Assembly: GCA_963667015.2 (NCBI GenBank)
Contig: CAXXJJ010000001.1
Span: 1,632,001-1,696,000 of the forward strand
DNA from: Desulfatiglandales bacterium
Lineage (GTDB): Bacteria > Desulfobacterota > DSM-4660 > Desulfatiglandales > HGW-15
DNA length: 64,000 bases
Reading direction: 5' to 3'
The notes under the pieces are model-generated. The model did not search any database, was not told the DNA's origin, and saw nothing but the letters and a program-made list of their open reading frames with translations. Both the position numbers and the translations under genes were made by a program. Below, piece after piece: positions 20,508-31,265 of the stretch; the stretch's first letter is position 1; each line of letters opens with the position of its first letter.

Positions 20508-21790
20508 AACAGGTTTTTAGATTAGGGCAAAAAACAGGATTTAAAACTAGGCAATTTCTGATCTTAAACAAACTATTCCCTTTCGTTTTCCTATAACGAT
20601 TTTAAAATGAATAAAAAAGTATTGAAGTTGGCAATAGTAATATATGACCGACCGATATACTTTCTCCAATTAAGGGGTGAACAATATTGAGCGTATTGAC
20701 TGATAGGGTCAAAAAGATGGACCTATTTTTATATCTGTTCAAGTGAAACAGAAAACCTTCTTTTGCCACAATGTATGCGCCAATATCTCAGATCAATTAA
20801 TAATATGGGATCGGAAAGTTTTCACACCTTACATTTAGGCAACCCTCTCATATTGATCATTACACACTGAGATGCTCAATGACCAGAATGTGATCTATAG
20901 AATAACAAATGCAGCAAATTAAAAAACAAAAAAATGAATTATATGGACTTGTTACACAAGAGTTTTAAATTATATGAATAATATCCTTGATCCAAATGAA
21001 CAGGATCTATATCCTGTTTATATACTGATTTATATCCTTGAGAATTACATGAAATTAAATTCCTGGTAACATTTTCAGCGGTTTGAGAAACTGTAAAGCC
21101 TTTTTTCAAATCGCTATTTGGCGGATTTGGCAGTATCGCCAATTTCGCCAAATGATCTCTTACAGTTTCTCTGGCTATATCCAATCTTGATGCTATTCTG
21201 TCCTGAGGAATACCGAGACGGTGCATTCTGCACAATTTGAGATTTAATTTTTCCTGAATATTTGCCCTGAGATCCAATATATAATTATCTACAGCCTGCC
21301 TTGAACGACCGAACGCCTTGCCGATTTCTGCTGAGCTCAGCTTCGGATCATCCAGATAGCCCTTCTGGCAGCATCCCTTGCCTCTTCATCATTAAGCTGC
21401 CTTGGCCCTATTGCCTTACCTGCGGCATACAACAGAGGATGTGTGCCATTGAGATTAATTATTTCCGCCTTAACCTCTTTCTCTCCTAAACCTTTGTATG
21501 CTTTAAACCGGTGCGCGCCGTCCAGGATGCGGTATTTTCCAGGTTCATCCGGGTGGGCCTGAAGATGGATGGGATCAAACTCAAACCCGTCCCTCATGTT
21601 TTCCTCAAACATGGATACCCTTTTGTGATCAATGCTGATTCTCGGATAGATCTTGTTGTCCAGAACGATATCAGAGGTCTTTATAGATTGGAAAAAGAAT
21701 GGGTATCAGGTCTTCACAATTCACAAGATGCCAGGAGCGAAGACCTGAAACTTATGCTTCTAAATGACCGTTATAAGTTAACAGATCAGA

Positions 21791-22477
21791 TTATTCGTCA
21801 GTATCTTCGTCATCTCCCTCTGCTGCTTTCTGCATGCCTTTCATAAACTCTCCAAAAACTTTCCCTGCCTCTTCAGGAGTCATATCCTCCATTTCGCTGG
21901 AAAACTGCTCTGCGCTTTTCTGAAACTTCCTTGAGGTGCATTCGGAGCAGGTTGATAACATGGCCAGCAGAATACAGATTATACCAAAAACCATAAAGGC
22001 GGTCTTTTGGGCGATTTTATGTACCTCGGTACTGGCTGCCACCATCAGGTAAAACCACCAGACAAGACTGATAATGGCACCAAGATAAGGAATTATCCCC
22101 AGTAATACTGTGATCGGTGTAATGGCCATGGCATAGGCCATGCACCGGTAGGCTGTCTCATAAGGCTCCTTTGAATCCATTATTCGCCATATAATGAAAA
22201 TTATGGCCGCGCCTATAAAACTGAAAATTCCAACCATTACCGGATAAATAATAATGAATGCGATACCCATAAAAAATGATGCTGCACTCCCCAGGCTGAA
22301 AATGGAAAGAATTGCAGTGAGTATACCCGAAATTATTCCCATGGCAACGGCAAAGATTAAGGGCTCGATAAGCCCGCCGGTTTTGGGCATATCACGAAAA
22401 AATCCTGCTGGATTCGTAATGATTTTAACGGCTGTATTCAAAATGATGCTGACGTTTTTTTCCTTGTTCGGTTCCAT
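21791..22477 (-). CDS. Yip1-domain membrane protein
   Basis: IITNPAGFFRDM followed by five TM helices. Confidence 0.85.
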   Translation of the reverse strand: MEPNKEKNVSIILNTAVKIITNPAGFFRDMPKTGGLIEPLIFAVAMGIISGILTAILSIFSLGSAASFFMGIAFIIIYPVMVGIFSFIGAAIIFIIWRIMDSKEPYETAYRCMAYAMAITPITVLLGIIPYLGAIISLVWWFYLMVAASTEVHKIAQKTAFMVFGIICILLAMLSTCSECTSRKFQKSAEQFSSEMEDMTPEEAGKVFGEFMKGMQKAAEGDDEDTDE

Positions 22478-23138
22478 AACCTGTTTATCCCTCCCTTTTA
22501 AATGACCATTTAATTTATCACGATATTTTCCTTAAAAAACCGGGATCGCGTCCCGGCTGAACAAATACAAAATATGTATACAGTGAAATAATGAATCGCG
22601 ATTCTGATTGTAAATAAAGGGGGCCACGTTTAGCTCTTTTACCTTTATTAGCAATAAATAATTTATTTAAAAACAACTGGATTCCCGTTTGAACCCAGTT
22701 AAATAAGATTTGAGCTTCTAAATCTTTCCTTGAGATCCTCAAGGATTTAACAGGGTAAAAATAACGATAAAAATACACTTAGTAATCTTTATACGATGAA
22801 GCTTATAGGCGCTTTATTGCAGATTTTTATTATATCCGAAAAGATCTTACTATTTTTAAATCTAATTTAAAAATAATTCAAGAAGGAAAATAAATAAAAT
22901 GGGTTATAAAGTCTCCTAATAGCTCATAGGCATATAAGTAATGAATAGGGTTAAAAAATAGTTGTAAATTGATAAAATATCGAAGATAAAAATAAGTAAA
23001 AATGAGCAAAACACATTAATGAGCTAAATGGAGATTTGCCCTCTTTTCATTGAATGAAAGCTGGACAATCCTTAAAGGCGTCCCATGAGTTTACACAAAT
23101 GTGAGTCTCAGGGTGTAAATCTAGAACATGAGTGTAAA

Positions 23139-23723
23139 ATGAGTAATAGCGAAATAATTACAGAAGAAGTAAAGCAGGAATTAAAGAATGTTAGATTTTC
23201 GACAAAAGATTTGTGCGGAAAAGAGTTCTACAATTGCACTTTATCAAATTGCATATTTTCAGATATTGATATGTCAGATTCAAAATTTTACGATACAATT
23301 TTTATAAATTGTAATTTTTCGAATTCAAGATATTCCGCTACCCAATTTAGGGATACATCATTTCGGGGTTGTAAGTTAATTGGTGCAGGATTTAGTGATA
23401 AAAATTTTGCTTTTTCCGCAAACTTCACTGAGTGCGATTTGAGATACGCAGAATTCTCGGGACTCAATTTAAGTAAAAAACATTTTCACCAATGCAATTT
23501 GGATGCGGCACGATTTATGCGGTGTAATTTAAAAGAAACAAAATTCACTGAATCGAGTTTTAAAGGTACAATATTTCATAACTGCAATCTTCAACATGCA
23601 ACATTTATTGAAGCCAAATATTTATTTATTGACCCAATGCAGAATAAAGTAAAGGATACTTCTGTTGATATATTAACAGCCGGAAATATTGTAAACCATT
23701 TTGGATTCAATATTGTGTGCTAA
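23139..23723 (+). CDS. Pentapeptide repeat protein
   Basis: Repeating [ACS]xF/L pentapeptides (FINCNFS, FRGCKLIG, FTECDLRYA). Confidence 0.9.
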   Translation: MSNSEIITEEVKQELKNVRFSTKDLCGKEFYNCTLSNCIFSDIDMSDSKFYDTIFINCNFSNSRYSATQFRDTSFRGCKLIGAGFSDKNFAFSANFTECDLRYAEFSGLNLSKKHFHQCNLDAARFMRCNLKETKFTESSFKGTIFHNCNLQHATFIEAKYLFIDPMQNKVKDTSVDILTAGNIVNHFGFNIVC

Positions 23724-23780
23724 AGGGTCAATATATACGTGTGAATGCGCATAAAATATTTTAAGAAAGGAAACACCATC

Positions 23781-25694
23781 ATGAAGAAAACACTACCCCT
23801 GTTACTCGTTTTGATTCTCCTCGTCTCAGTTGAAAATGTGCTGGCGCTTGGGTACACCGGCAGCCAGGGCAACGAGGCTACCTTCGAACTGCTTGAAGAA
23901 ACCCGCGTCAGCGGACCGATCGCAGTAGCTAATCTTGAAACCAATGCAGGCAAGTTATTTGTTTCCCATCCTGTACTGGATAATTATCCGGAGAAAACGA
24001 CCTATGTCTACCGTTCAGCCAACCTGTACGGCGGCCGTGCCTCCGCGAGGCAGAACACGAATATCGTCCTATTTGCTGAACAGAGCTTTGAAAGCAAGGA
24101 CGCAGCATATGCGTACATTAAAAACCTCGGCCTGATCTCCATCATCGACGAAGCCATCGGCAGCGTTGTGCTGGTGACTCCCTCAAACCCGAAAACAGGC
24201 TTCAGCGCAGCAGATCAGAAAAACTATTATGCGCTCCAGACCGCCATGTTCGCCCAGAAAGAAGGTGGACCCGGTGCCGGCAGGGCAAGTGTTGGTGCTG
24301 ATGGTAAGCCCATTAAATATTACTCCGACGCAGAGTACTTCGGCGGCTACAGTTTCTTCTATGTAGTCGGTATCGACGGCGGCGCGACCTTTGTGAACAA
24401 TTATGTTGCAGGCACGCTGGACTATGTCAGCCGCATCGGCTCGATGCTTCTGATCAACGGCAGGATGGAGCGTATCAGGGATGTAGCTGGTTACGTGCCG
24501 GCTTACCTTGTGAATGCGCCCCGGGAAGTTGTTGAGAAGTACAAGGCTGTTAACAAAGTGGATTCTGTCATTGTCGAAGGAGATAAGGAAACCACCTACT
24601 GCGCTGCGTTTCCCAGCCGCAAGGTTGTGACGCTGAATACAGCGGATGTTGATGCAGCAGGCCTCATCAAAGACGCTTACTACAACCTTTTTGTTAAAAC
24701 ACAGCGTTCACAGTCTACAGTCTCCGGCCTTCTTACCGCTTCTACGCCATATCAGGGCTACGGCTCTGATAACACGCCCTATTCCCTGATGCCCAGAAAC
24801 GCTATCATCAACGGCAGCACCGTGGACGGTATCAACATCTTCACGCATCAGGAAGACCGCTTCAACAGTGTAGCCACACCTAAAGGCGAATTCCTTGAAA
24901 CCTGGTATGAATACCTGCCCGACGAAGTGCTCAACGGCAAAGCCCCGGACGGCACCGTACCGCTGCTGATTCTCATGCATGGCGGTGGAGATGATCCTCG
25001 CCTCTACGTGGAAGAGCAGGGATATCTGGAGCTGATGGGCGCCGAGCGCATTGCGGCGGTTGCCTATGAACACCAGTACATTACCGACATCATCAGCAAA
25101 TGCACGCCCCTGATCGTTAAGTACATGCTGAAAAAGTATCCTGCGCTGGATCCTTCACGCGTGTACGTGACCGGCTACTCCATGGGCGGCTGGGCTACCC
25201 ATGACGCCGTTCTTGGCGGCGCCGAACTGTTTGCTGCTGCGGTTCCCCAGGCGATTATCGAGCGCAAACCCACTGAAGAGCAGCTTGCACAGTTCAAGTC
25301 GATCGACATTCCGGTTATGTGCACCACCTCTGAGTATGACTACTTTGCTGAAGCCGATACCCACAACATGGGTCCCCGTTACTATGTGCAGTTCAACCAG
25401 GTGCTGGGTTTCAACGAAATGCCCCTTCTGGATACCAAAAACCTGGACTATGACACCTATCCCATCTCCGGTTTCAAGGCCGATATCTACAGGAAAGTTA
25501 TCCTCAACGATGAGTATGCCAACCATACCTGGCTGTTCCTCAAGGATGGCATTCCGATGGCCGGCGTAAACTATACCGAGAATAACAAACATGCCCTGTA
25601 CGCCGAGTATGCCAACGTTGTCTGGGACTTCTGCAAACACTACAGCCGTGACCAGGTTACAAAGAAAATCATTTACGATCCCTATGTTCGCTAA
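23781..25694 (+). CDS. Secreted alpha/beta-hydrolase (PHB-depolymerase/LpqC-like esterase), paralog 1
   Basis: Signal peptide; PLLILMHGGGDD; RVYVTGYSMGG; C-terminal His; WDF. Confidence 0.85.
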   Translation: MKKTLPLLLVLILLVSVENVLALGYTGSQGNEATFELLEETRVSGPIAVANLETNAGKLFVSHPVLDNYPEKTTYVYRSANLYGGRASARQNTNIVLFAEQSFESKDAAYAYIKNLGLISIIDEAIGSVVLVTPSNPKTGFSAADQKNYYALQTAMFAQKEGGPGAGRASVGADGKPIKYYSDAEYFGGYSFFYVVGIDGGATFVNNYVAGTLDYVSRIGSMLLINGRMERIRDVAGYVPAYLVNAPREVVEKYKAVNKVDSVIVEGDKETTYCAAFPSRKVVTLNTADVDAAGLIKDAYYNLFVKTQRSQSTVSGLLTASTPYQGYGSDNTPYSLMPRNAIINGSTVDGINIFTHQEDRFNSVATPKGEFLETWYEYLPDEVLNGKAPDGTVPLLILMHGGGDDPRLYVEEQGYLELMGAERIAAVAYEHQYITDIISKCTPLIVKYMLKKYPALDPSRVYVTGYSMGGWATHDAVLGGAELFAAAVPQAIIERKPTEEQLAQFKSIDIPVMCTTSEYDYFAEADTHNMGPRYYVQFNQVLGFNEMPLLDTKNLDYDTYPISGFKADIYRKVILNDEYANHTWLFLKDGIPMAGVNYTENNKHALYAEYANVVWDFCKHYSRDQVTKKIIYDPYVR

Positions 25695-25706
25695 ACCTGG
25701 AAAACC

Positions 25707-25736
25707 AGGGGATGCCGTTTTGTAACGTCATCCCCA
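25707..25736 (+). terminator. Hairpin between esterase paralogs 1 and 2
   Basis: GGGGATG.CGTT...AACG.CATCCCC just after the stop codon. Confidence 0.45.
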
Positions 25737-25829
25737 ACTTCACGTTAACCACCAGTAATAACAACCCTGGTATACAGCCTCATTATAAGGGGCTGTGATT
25801 TAACATCAAAATCAGAAAGGACATCCGGT

Positions 25830-27746
25830 ATGAAATCAAAACTACTCTGCCTTATTATGATCATAGGCTTTCTTCCTGCCGGCAATGCGTTTGCTGCGCC
25901 TTATCAGCAGCACCTTGCCAACAAGGCGACCTTTGAAACGCTGGAAGAAGCGCATAGGAACGGCCCGGTTGAACTTGCGGCACTGACCGGCCGCGTCTAT
26001 ACGCCGGATCCCGCGTTGGACAGCTATCCTGATGGTACGACCTATGTGTACCGCTCCGCCGGGATCTATACCAACTTAAGCGCGGCATTCCGCATGAACA
26101 CAAACATCCTGGTGTATACCGATCAGGCATTTAAAGATAAGGCGGATGCGCTGGCATATTTGAAATCTCTGGGCCTTACCGATATCGCTGATCAGGCATA
26201 CGGCAGTGTCGTACTGATCACGCCTGTCAACCCGAAGAGCGGTTTTGGTGCTGCTGACCAGTACGCGTATCTGAAACTGCAGGCTGCCATGTGCAATCTT
26301 GGTAAATCAGTCAGAGATGAGAAAGGTAATACGAAATATTACGCCGACAATACCTATTTCGGCGGTCTGACCTACCGGTATCTGATCGGCATCGAAGGCG
26401 GCGCTGACTTTGCCTGCAACTACGTTGCAAACACCCTGGATTATATCGGCCGTATTGCAGGCATGCTTCTTGTCAATCCGTCCATGAACGATGCGCTTGA
26501 CGTTGCGGCTATCGTACCCGTGTATCTGGTGAGCCCTGAAAATACAGTGTTTGAAAAGTTCCAGGCTGTCAACGAAGCGTTTGCAACCGAGACGACCAAA
26601 GACAAGATCACCTATTTCAACCAGCAGTTCCCGCTGCGTAAGGTTGTTGCAGCAAAAAGCGCAGACAAAGATCTTAGCGAATATGTAAGTGACGCTTACT
26701 ACTCCCTGCTGGTGAAAACCATGCGTACACCGGTTGTAAAGGGCGGTCTGTTCGTGGCCGCCAACGAGTTCAGCAGCTATAGCTGGAATAATGCACCCTA
26801 TGCGCTGACCGGGCGCAATGCAGTTCTGAATGGCGTTACGGCTGATGGCATCTATCTTATTGAGCATCAGGAAGATCGTTTCGCTGATATCAAAGCTAAA
26901 AATGGCGACTATCTGCAAACCTGGTATGAATTCCTGCCTGCTGAAGTGCTTGAACGTACAGCAGCAGACCATAGCATTCCTCTGATTCTCTGCAACCACG
27001 GCGGGGGAGACGACCCGGTGCAGGCGACTGACGAACTGGGTATGATTACGTTGGCCGGCAGCGAGCGTATTGCGCTCGTAGCGCCTCGTTATGCCAGCGA
27101 TAAAACCGCTTCGATCTTTGAAGGCTCACCCTTTGAGGTGAATGGGAAAACCCTCCCAGCACTGGTGCGGTATATGCTGGACACCTACCCCGCGCTGGAT
27201 CCGGGCCGTGTATATGCCACCGGTTACTCCATGGGTGGAGCCGCGACTGTGGAAGCTGTCGAATGGGCGCCGAAGCTGTTTGCAGCGACCGTTCCCATGG
27301 CCGCTGGTACACCCTGGGGCATCTACAAGCCCACAAAAAAACAAGCCGCTGTGTTTAAAAATATCGATGTAGCGATGATGTTCACAACCTCAGAGTTTGA
27401 TCTTGGCGGTGCCTTTGATCAGGCTGCGCATACATTGGGCGCAGGCTATCAGGAAGTAATCGCCCGCTTTGCGGAGTTCAACGAGCTTGGAACGCTGACC
27501 TATGATTTCAAAACTTATCCCCTCGTTGGCTTTGATGCGGACAGGATGGTTGTCAAAATGCTCAACGACGAATACAAAAACTCCACCTGGTACATGAACA
27601 ACGATGCGGGCATCCCGATGCTTGCTGTCAGCTTCACGGAAATGCTTCCCCACGGATTGCATCCCGAATATGGCACCATTGCCTGGGACTTCATGAAGCA
27701 CTACTCCCGCAATGCTGAGACCGGAAAACTGGTCTACACGCCATAA
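25830..27746 (+). CDS. Secreted alpha/beta-hydrolase esterase, paralog 2
   Basis: Signal peptide (AFA); HGGGDD; GYSMGG; PHGL. Confidence 0.85.
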   Translation: MKSKLLCLIMIIGFLPAGNAFAAPYQQHLANKATFETLEEAHRNGPVELAALTGRVYTPDPALDSYPDGTTYVYRSAGIYTNLSAAFRMNTNILVYTDQAFKDKADALAYLKSLGLTDIADQAYGSVVLITPVNPKSGFGAADQYAYLKLQAAMCNLGKSVRDEKGNTKYYADNTYFGGLTYRYLIGIEGGADFACNYVANTLDYIGRIAGMLLVNPSMNDALDVAAIVPVYLVSPENTVFEKFQAVNEAFATETTKDKITYFNQQFPLRKVVAAKSADKDLSEYVSDAYYSLLVKTMRTPVVKGGLFVAANEFSSYSWNNAPYALTGRNAVLNGVTADGIYLIEHQEDRFADIKAKNGDYLQTWYEFLPAEVLERTAADHSIPLILCNHGGGDDPVQATDELGMITLAGSERIALVAPRYASDKTASIFEGSPFEVNGKTLPALVRYMLDTYPALDPGRVYATGYSMGGAATVEAVEWAPKLFAATVPMAAGTPWGIYKPTKKQAAVFKNIDVAMMFTTSEFDLGGAFDQAAHTLGAGYQEVIARFAEFNELGTLTYDFKTYPLVGFDADRMVVKMLNDEYKNSTWYMNNDAGIPMLAVSFTEMLPHGLHPEYGTIAWDFMKHYSRNAETGKLVYTP

Positions 27747-27870
27747 TATCCGGACTGGACGTTGAACCATATGATATTTTCCGGGGCAATACACCCGCCC
27801 CGGAGTAAACCTGGATATGCCTGCAAAAACAATCCAGGTCATAAACAAAATAAAGGGAGTAAGAAAATCA

Positions 27871-29799
27871 ATGAACACAAAGAGACTCTTGAGCATCACG
27901 CTGGCTCTCGCACTCCTGTTTAGCGTCTTGCTTAGTGCCAGTGCATCCGCTGAATATTATCAGCAGCACCAAAGCAACCCGGCAATGATTGAGACCCTTG
28001 AGGAAGCGCATGCCAATGCGCCGGCTTACCTGACCAAGGAGTATGGCAGAATTTACGTTCCGGACCCTGCGTTGGATATGTATCCCCGGGGCACAACCTA
28101 TGTGTACCGTTCTGCCGGTGTTTTCAGTGCCACGACCGGCGCCAACCGCATGAATACAAATATTCTGGTGTACGCAGATCAATCCTTTAAAGATAAGGAT
28201 GCAGCTCTTACATACCTGCAGGATCTGGGTTTGACCGCAATTGCGGACGAAGCAACCGGAAGCGTTGTCCTGGTCACGCCGATCAACCCCGAGAATGGCT
28301 TTGGCGATGCTGACCAGTATGCATTCTATCAGCTCCAATCCGCGATGTGCAACATCGGTTTCGCCGTTCGCGGAACTGATTCCACTACCTATTATGCCGA
28401 TGCGGCGTATTTTGGCGGCCTCACCTACCGTTATCTGATCGGTTTTGATGGAGGCGCGACGTTCCTAAACAACTATATCTCCGGCGAAATTGATTACATC
28501 AGCCGTATTGCAGGCATGCTGCTTGTGGGCGGCAATATGGAAAAGATCCGCACAGTCGCATCGCCTGTACCGGTCTGGCTGGTCAACCCCTCTGAAGCGA
28601 TCGCTGCCAAATATGCCGCAGGCAATGAAACGGACAGCAAAGGCCGTAATGGCAACGACGAAGTTTACTACAATCAGGAGCACCCGCTCCAGCAGGTGAT
28701 TGTGACCAGGACCGAAAAAATTGATCCGGCAGGCTTCGTGCACAACGCTTACTATGATTTGTTCATCAAAGCGTTCCGCATCCCTGTTGTTAAGGCGGGC
28801 TTGAATACTGCCTCAACCGATTACCGCAACTACCGCTGGAACCAGGCGCCCTACTCTCTTGGAGAGCGCAGCGCGATTATCAATGGCGTAACTCCGGACG
28901 GCATCCACGTCTTTGAGCGTCAGGGCGAGACCTTCAGCGATTACAAGGCGTCCAACGGCGAGTACATTACGACCTGGTACGAGTTCCTGCCCACGGAAGT
29001 ACTCGACGGCAACGCGCCTGAGCACAGCATTCCTCTGATCCTGGTCAACCATGGCGGCGGAGACGATCCTGTGCAGTGCGTAGACGAGCTGGGCTTTTTA
29101 ACTCTGGCCGGTAAGGAACGTGTGGCAATGGTCGCAGAGCGGCATGCGTCTGAAGATCCCGGTTCAAACTTTATGAGCGCTTCACCCTATGAAACGATGT
29201 CTGAAGTTCTGCCTGCGCTGGTGCGCTATATGCTTAAAACCTACCCGCAGCTTGACCCGGAACGCGTGTATGTAACGGGTTACTCCATGGGCGGCGGTGC
29301 TACTAACCGTGCTGTGTATGGCGACGCCAGTGTATTTGCGGCTGCTGTGAACATGTCAGGAACCCCGTACACGCATCTGGACGGACAGGAACTGCAGTTT
29401 GCAGACATCGACATCCCTATGATGCTGACGACCTGCACCTATGACACCATTACCCACTTTGATTCCGCGAAGGGCTACATTGCGCCGGACTTCCAGATGA
29501 ACATCAACGATTATCTAGGCTACAACGAAATGCCTACGGTCGAGTTCGACTTTGAAACCTATCCGATTAGCGGCTTCAGTGGCGATGTCTACCGTAAAAC
29601 GATGATCAACGATGAGTACCCGCTTTATACCTGGTTCTTCCTCAATGAAAAGGGCGCACCAATGGTTGGGCTGAACGTTATCGAGTTCATTCCTCATGGC
29701 TTGTATCAGGAATACGCGAAGCTGGCCTGGGACTACTTCAGGCAGTTTAGCCGCGATCAGAATACCGGCGAAATCGTCTATCACTCCTATGCCAAATAG
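27871..29799 (+). CDS. Secreted alpha/beta-hydrolase esterase, paralog 3
   Basis: Signal peptide (ASA); HGGGDD; GYSMGG; PHGL. Confidence 0.85.
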   Translation: MNTKRLLSITLALALLFSVLLSASASAEYYQQHQSNPAMIETLEEAHANAPAYLTKEYGRIYVPDPALDMYPRGTTYVYRSAGVFSATTGANRMNTNILVYADQSFKDKDAALTYLQDLGLTAIADEATGSVVLVTPINPENGFGDADQYAFYQLQSAMCNIGFAVRGTDSTTYYADAAYFGGLTYRYLIGFDGGATFLNNYISGEIDYISRIAGMLLVGGNMEKIRTVASPVPVWLVNPSEAIAAKYAAGNETDSKGRNGNDEVYYNQEHPLQQVIVTRTEKIDPAGFVHNAYYDLFIKAFRIPVVKAGLNTASTDYRNYRWNQAPYSLGERSAIINGVTPDGIHVFERQGETFSDYKASNGEYITTWYEFLPTEVLDGNAPEHSIPLILVNHGGGDDPVQCVDELGFLTLAGKERVAMVAERHASEDPGSNFMSASPYETMSEVLPALVRYMLKTYPQLDPERVYVTGYSMGGGATNRAVYGDASVFAAAVNMSGTPYTHLDGQELQFADIDIPMMLTTCTYDTITHFDSAKGYIAPDFQMNINDYLGYNEMPTVEFDFETYPISGFSGDVYRKTMINDEYPLYTWFFLNEKGAPMVGLNVIEFIPHGLYQEYAKLAWDYFRQFSRDQNTGEIVYHSYAK

Positions 29800-30192
29800 A
29801 CCGACTTGACCCTGTGTATTTTATGGAGGATGTCAACGAGCTGGCATCCTCCGCTCAGACTCTTAATATCGAACGATCGCATCTTTGCTGCCCACTGGTT
29901 GTGATCCAAGCTCTGCAGGGCGGACTATCAAAAAAGATAAAGGAAAAACAACGATGTTGCGTCTTGACATTTAACAGGACTTTAAATTCTAGACTTCTTC
30001 TTTTTGGCCGCTTCTGTCCAATGTCCAGACCTGACACCTATTAGTTCGTGCAACCGACTGGTTCGGTTATATAACCGGATGTCTTGGGATCGGAAGTATC
30101 ATAGGCTATATTATTGCAGGCAGCGTTAAGACATCCGGACCGGTCAGGAGTAAGATGACCATAGCATCCATAATATTCTACACTTTCTTTAT

Positions 30193-30220
30193 GACGCCCA
30201 TAAGTTCATAAGTTTGTAAG
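30193..30220 (+). repeat. dif-like site, copy 3 (opposite orientation to copies 1 and 2)
   Basis: GACGCCCATAA-GTTCAT-AAGTTTGTAAG; shared downstream TTTGATT...GAAAGACTT. Confidence 0.45.
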
Positions 30221-30448
30221 ATTTGATTATATTTATGAAAGACTTAGATGCCGTAATAAATTATACTCTAAAAGACATAGTTATTCTTAAAAATTAGTTA
30301 AGCACCCGGTCATACCCCGGTTTGACAGCTTTCTGCTTAAAAAGTGGTTGCGATATAAAGATTTCTATACAATAAAAATCAAAAGGTATAAAATGACAAA
30401 AAAAGTAATCAGATCAGGCCATAGTATTAAATCTTAACAGAATATTTT

Positions 30449-31120
30449 TTGAGGTTTAAATTGGCTGAACATAATAACCATATTGCCATCAATGGAAATC
30501 CTGAAACAAAAAAAGAATGTTGCCTTCCGCAATTGGAAGCAGCACATTCGGATTATTCTCTTCCTAATAATTATCCTTTGCACTATGAGAAAAAAGTAGT
30601 TGCCAGAACCGGAATAGAACTGTTCATGCGCCCGGTAAAACCGGAAGACGCACCAATGTTACTGGATATGTTTAACAGTTTGTCGACAAGGACAAGATAC
30701 TTCCGATTTTTTACTCCCCTAAAGGTATTGCCTCTGGACCTTCTGAAAAAGTTTACACAAATCGATTATAACAGGGATATGGCATTAGTTGCACTGAAGA
30801 ACTCAAACCCGGACGCCATGATTCTGGCGGCTGCAAGATTTATGTCAAAATCCGGTCAGTCAGATGCCGAATTTGCCGTGGTTTGTCGTGATGTCTGGCA
30901 GGGGCGAGGGGTAGGAAGGGTGTTATTGGAGAATCTTATATTATTTGCAAAAGAGAGACGAATAGAAAGTATGTGCGGTTATGTCCTGGCTGAAAATATT
31001 CATATGCTCTCCTTAGCCCGCAGGCTCGGTTTTTGTCTTACGAAAATACCCTGTGAAGAACAGTATTTTTTAAAAATAGATTTGAAGTCGGATGTTTTAA
31101 AATTAGCTGAAGGTGAATGA
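30449..31120 (+). CDS. GNAT acetyltransferase (Pat-type GNAT domain); start uncertain
   Basis: RPVKPED, RYFRFF, IDY.RDMALVA, AEFAV, QGRGVG, VLAEN..M motifs. Confidence 0.85.
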   Translation: MRFKLAEHNNHIAINGNPETKKECCLPQLEAAHSDYSLPNNYPLHYEKKVVARTGIELFMRPVKPEDAPMLLDMFNSLSTRTRYFRFFTPLKVLPLDLLKKFTQIDYNRDMALVALKNSNPDAMILAAARFMSKSGQSDAEFAVVCRDVWQGRGVGRVLLENLILFAKERRIESMCGYVLAENIHMLSLARRLGFCLTKIPCEEQYFLKIDLKSDVLKLAEGE

Positions 31121-31222
31121 AACGTCTGACTTCGGTAGTATTTCAATTGGTAATTTTCTCCTCGTAAAGCTCCTTCCCGTTCATTAAAAGTTTAAAAAAT
31201 ATTTTAAGTGGAAAATTTTTTC

Positions 31223-31265
31223 TTGACAAAGGACTACATGTGTAAGTATGCTTACAATCGTAAGC
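31223..31265 (+). promoter_or_regulatory. Promoter of the TonB operon with BlaI/MecI/CopY-type operators
   Basis: TTGACA-18 bp-TATGCT; TACAtgTGTA at 31235-31244; GCTTACaatcGTAAGC at 31250-31265. Confidence 0.75.

Larger units (their letters stand above)
19660..21071. mobile_element. Non-autonomous insertion (about 570 bp own length) with TGT...ACA ends and an 8-bp target duplication
   Basis: TTTTCAGC at 19652-19659 and 21072-21079; imperfect IRs TGTAAACAGGTTTTTA / TGTTACCAGGAATTTA. Confidence 0.7.
19087..21690 (-). pseudogene. ParB-like/HTH/DNA methyltransferase gene, frameshifted and split by nested insertions
   Basis: ILDGAHRFKA (ParB) in 21337-21612; HTH PQDRIASRLDIARETV; GFTVSQTAE continues as AEKHGWPE after removing 19660-21079; FDPPY in the C-terminal part. 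Confidence 0.8.

Noticed and set aside
23139..23723. Quinolone-resistance (qnr) call for the pentapeptide protein
   Set aside because: Only the generic repeat is visible; a specific assignment cannot be supported
23720..29784. Long antisense ORFs over the esterase genes
   Set aside because: Shadow ORFs from GC-rich codon usage; the plus-strand frames carry the motifs
30065..30138. 11-bp inverted repeat CCGGATGTCTT/AAGACATCCGG as an IS end or attC site
   Set aside because: Single instance, no target duplication and no adjacent transposase
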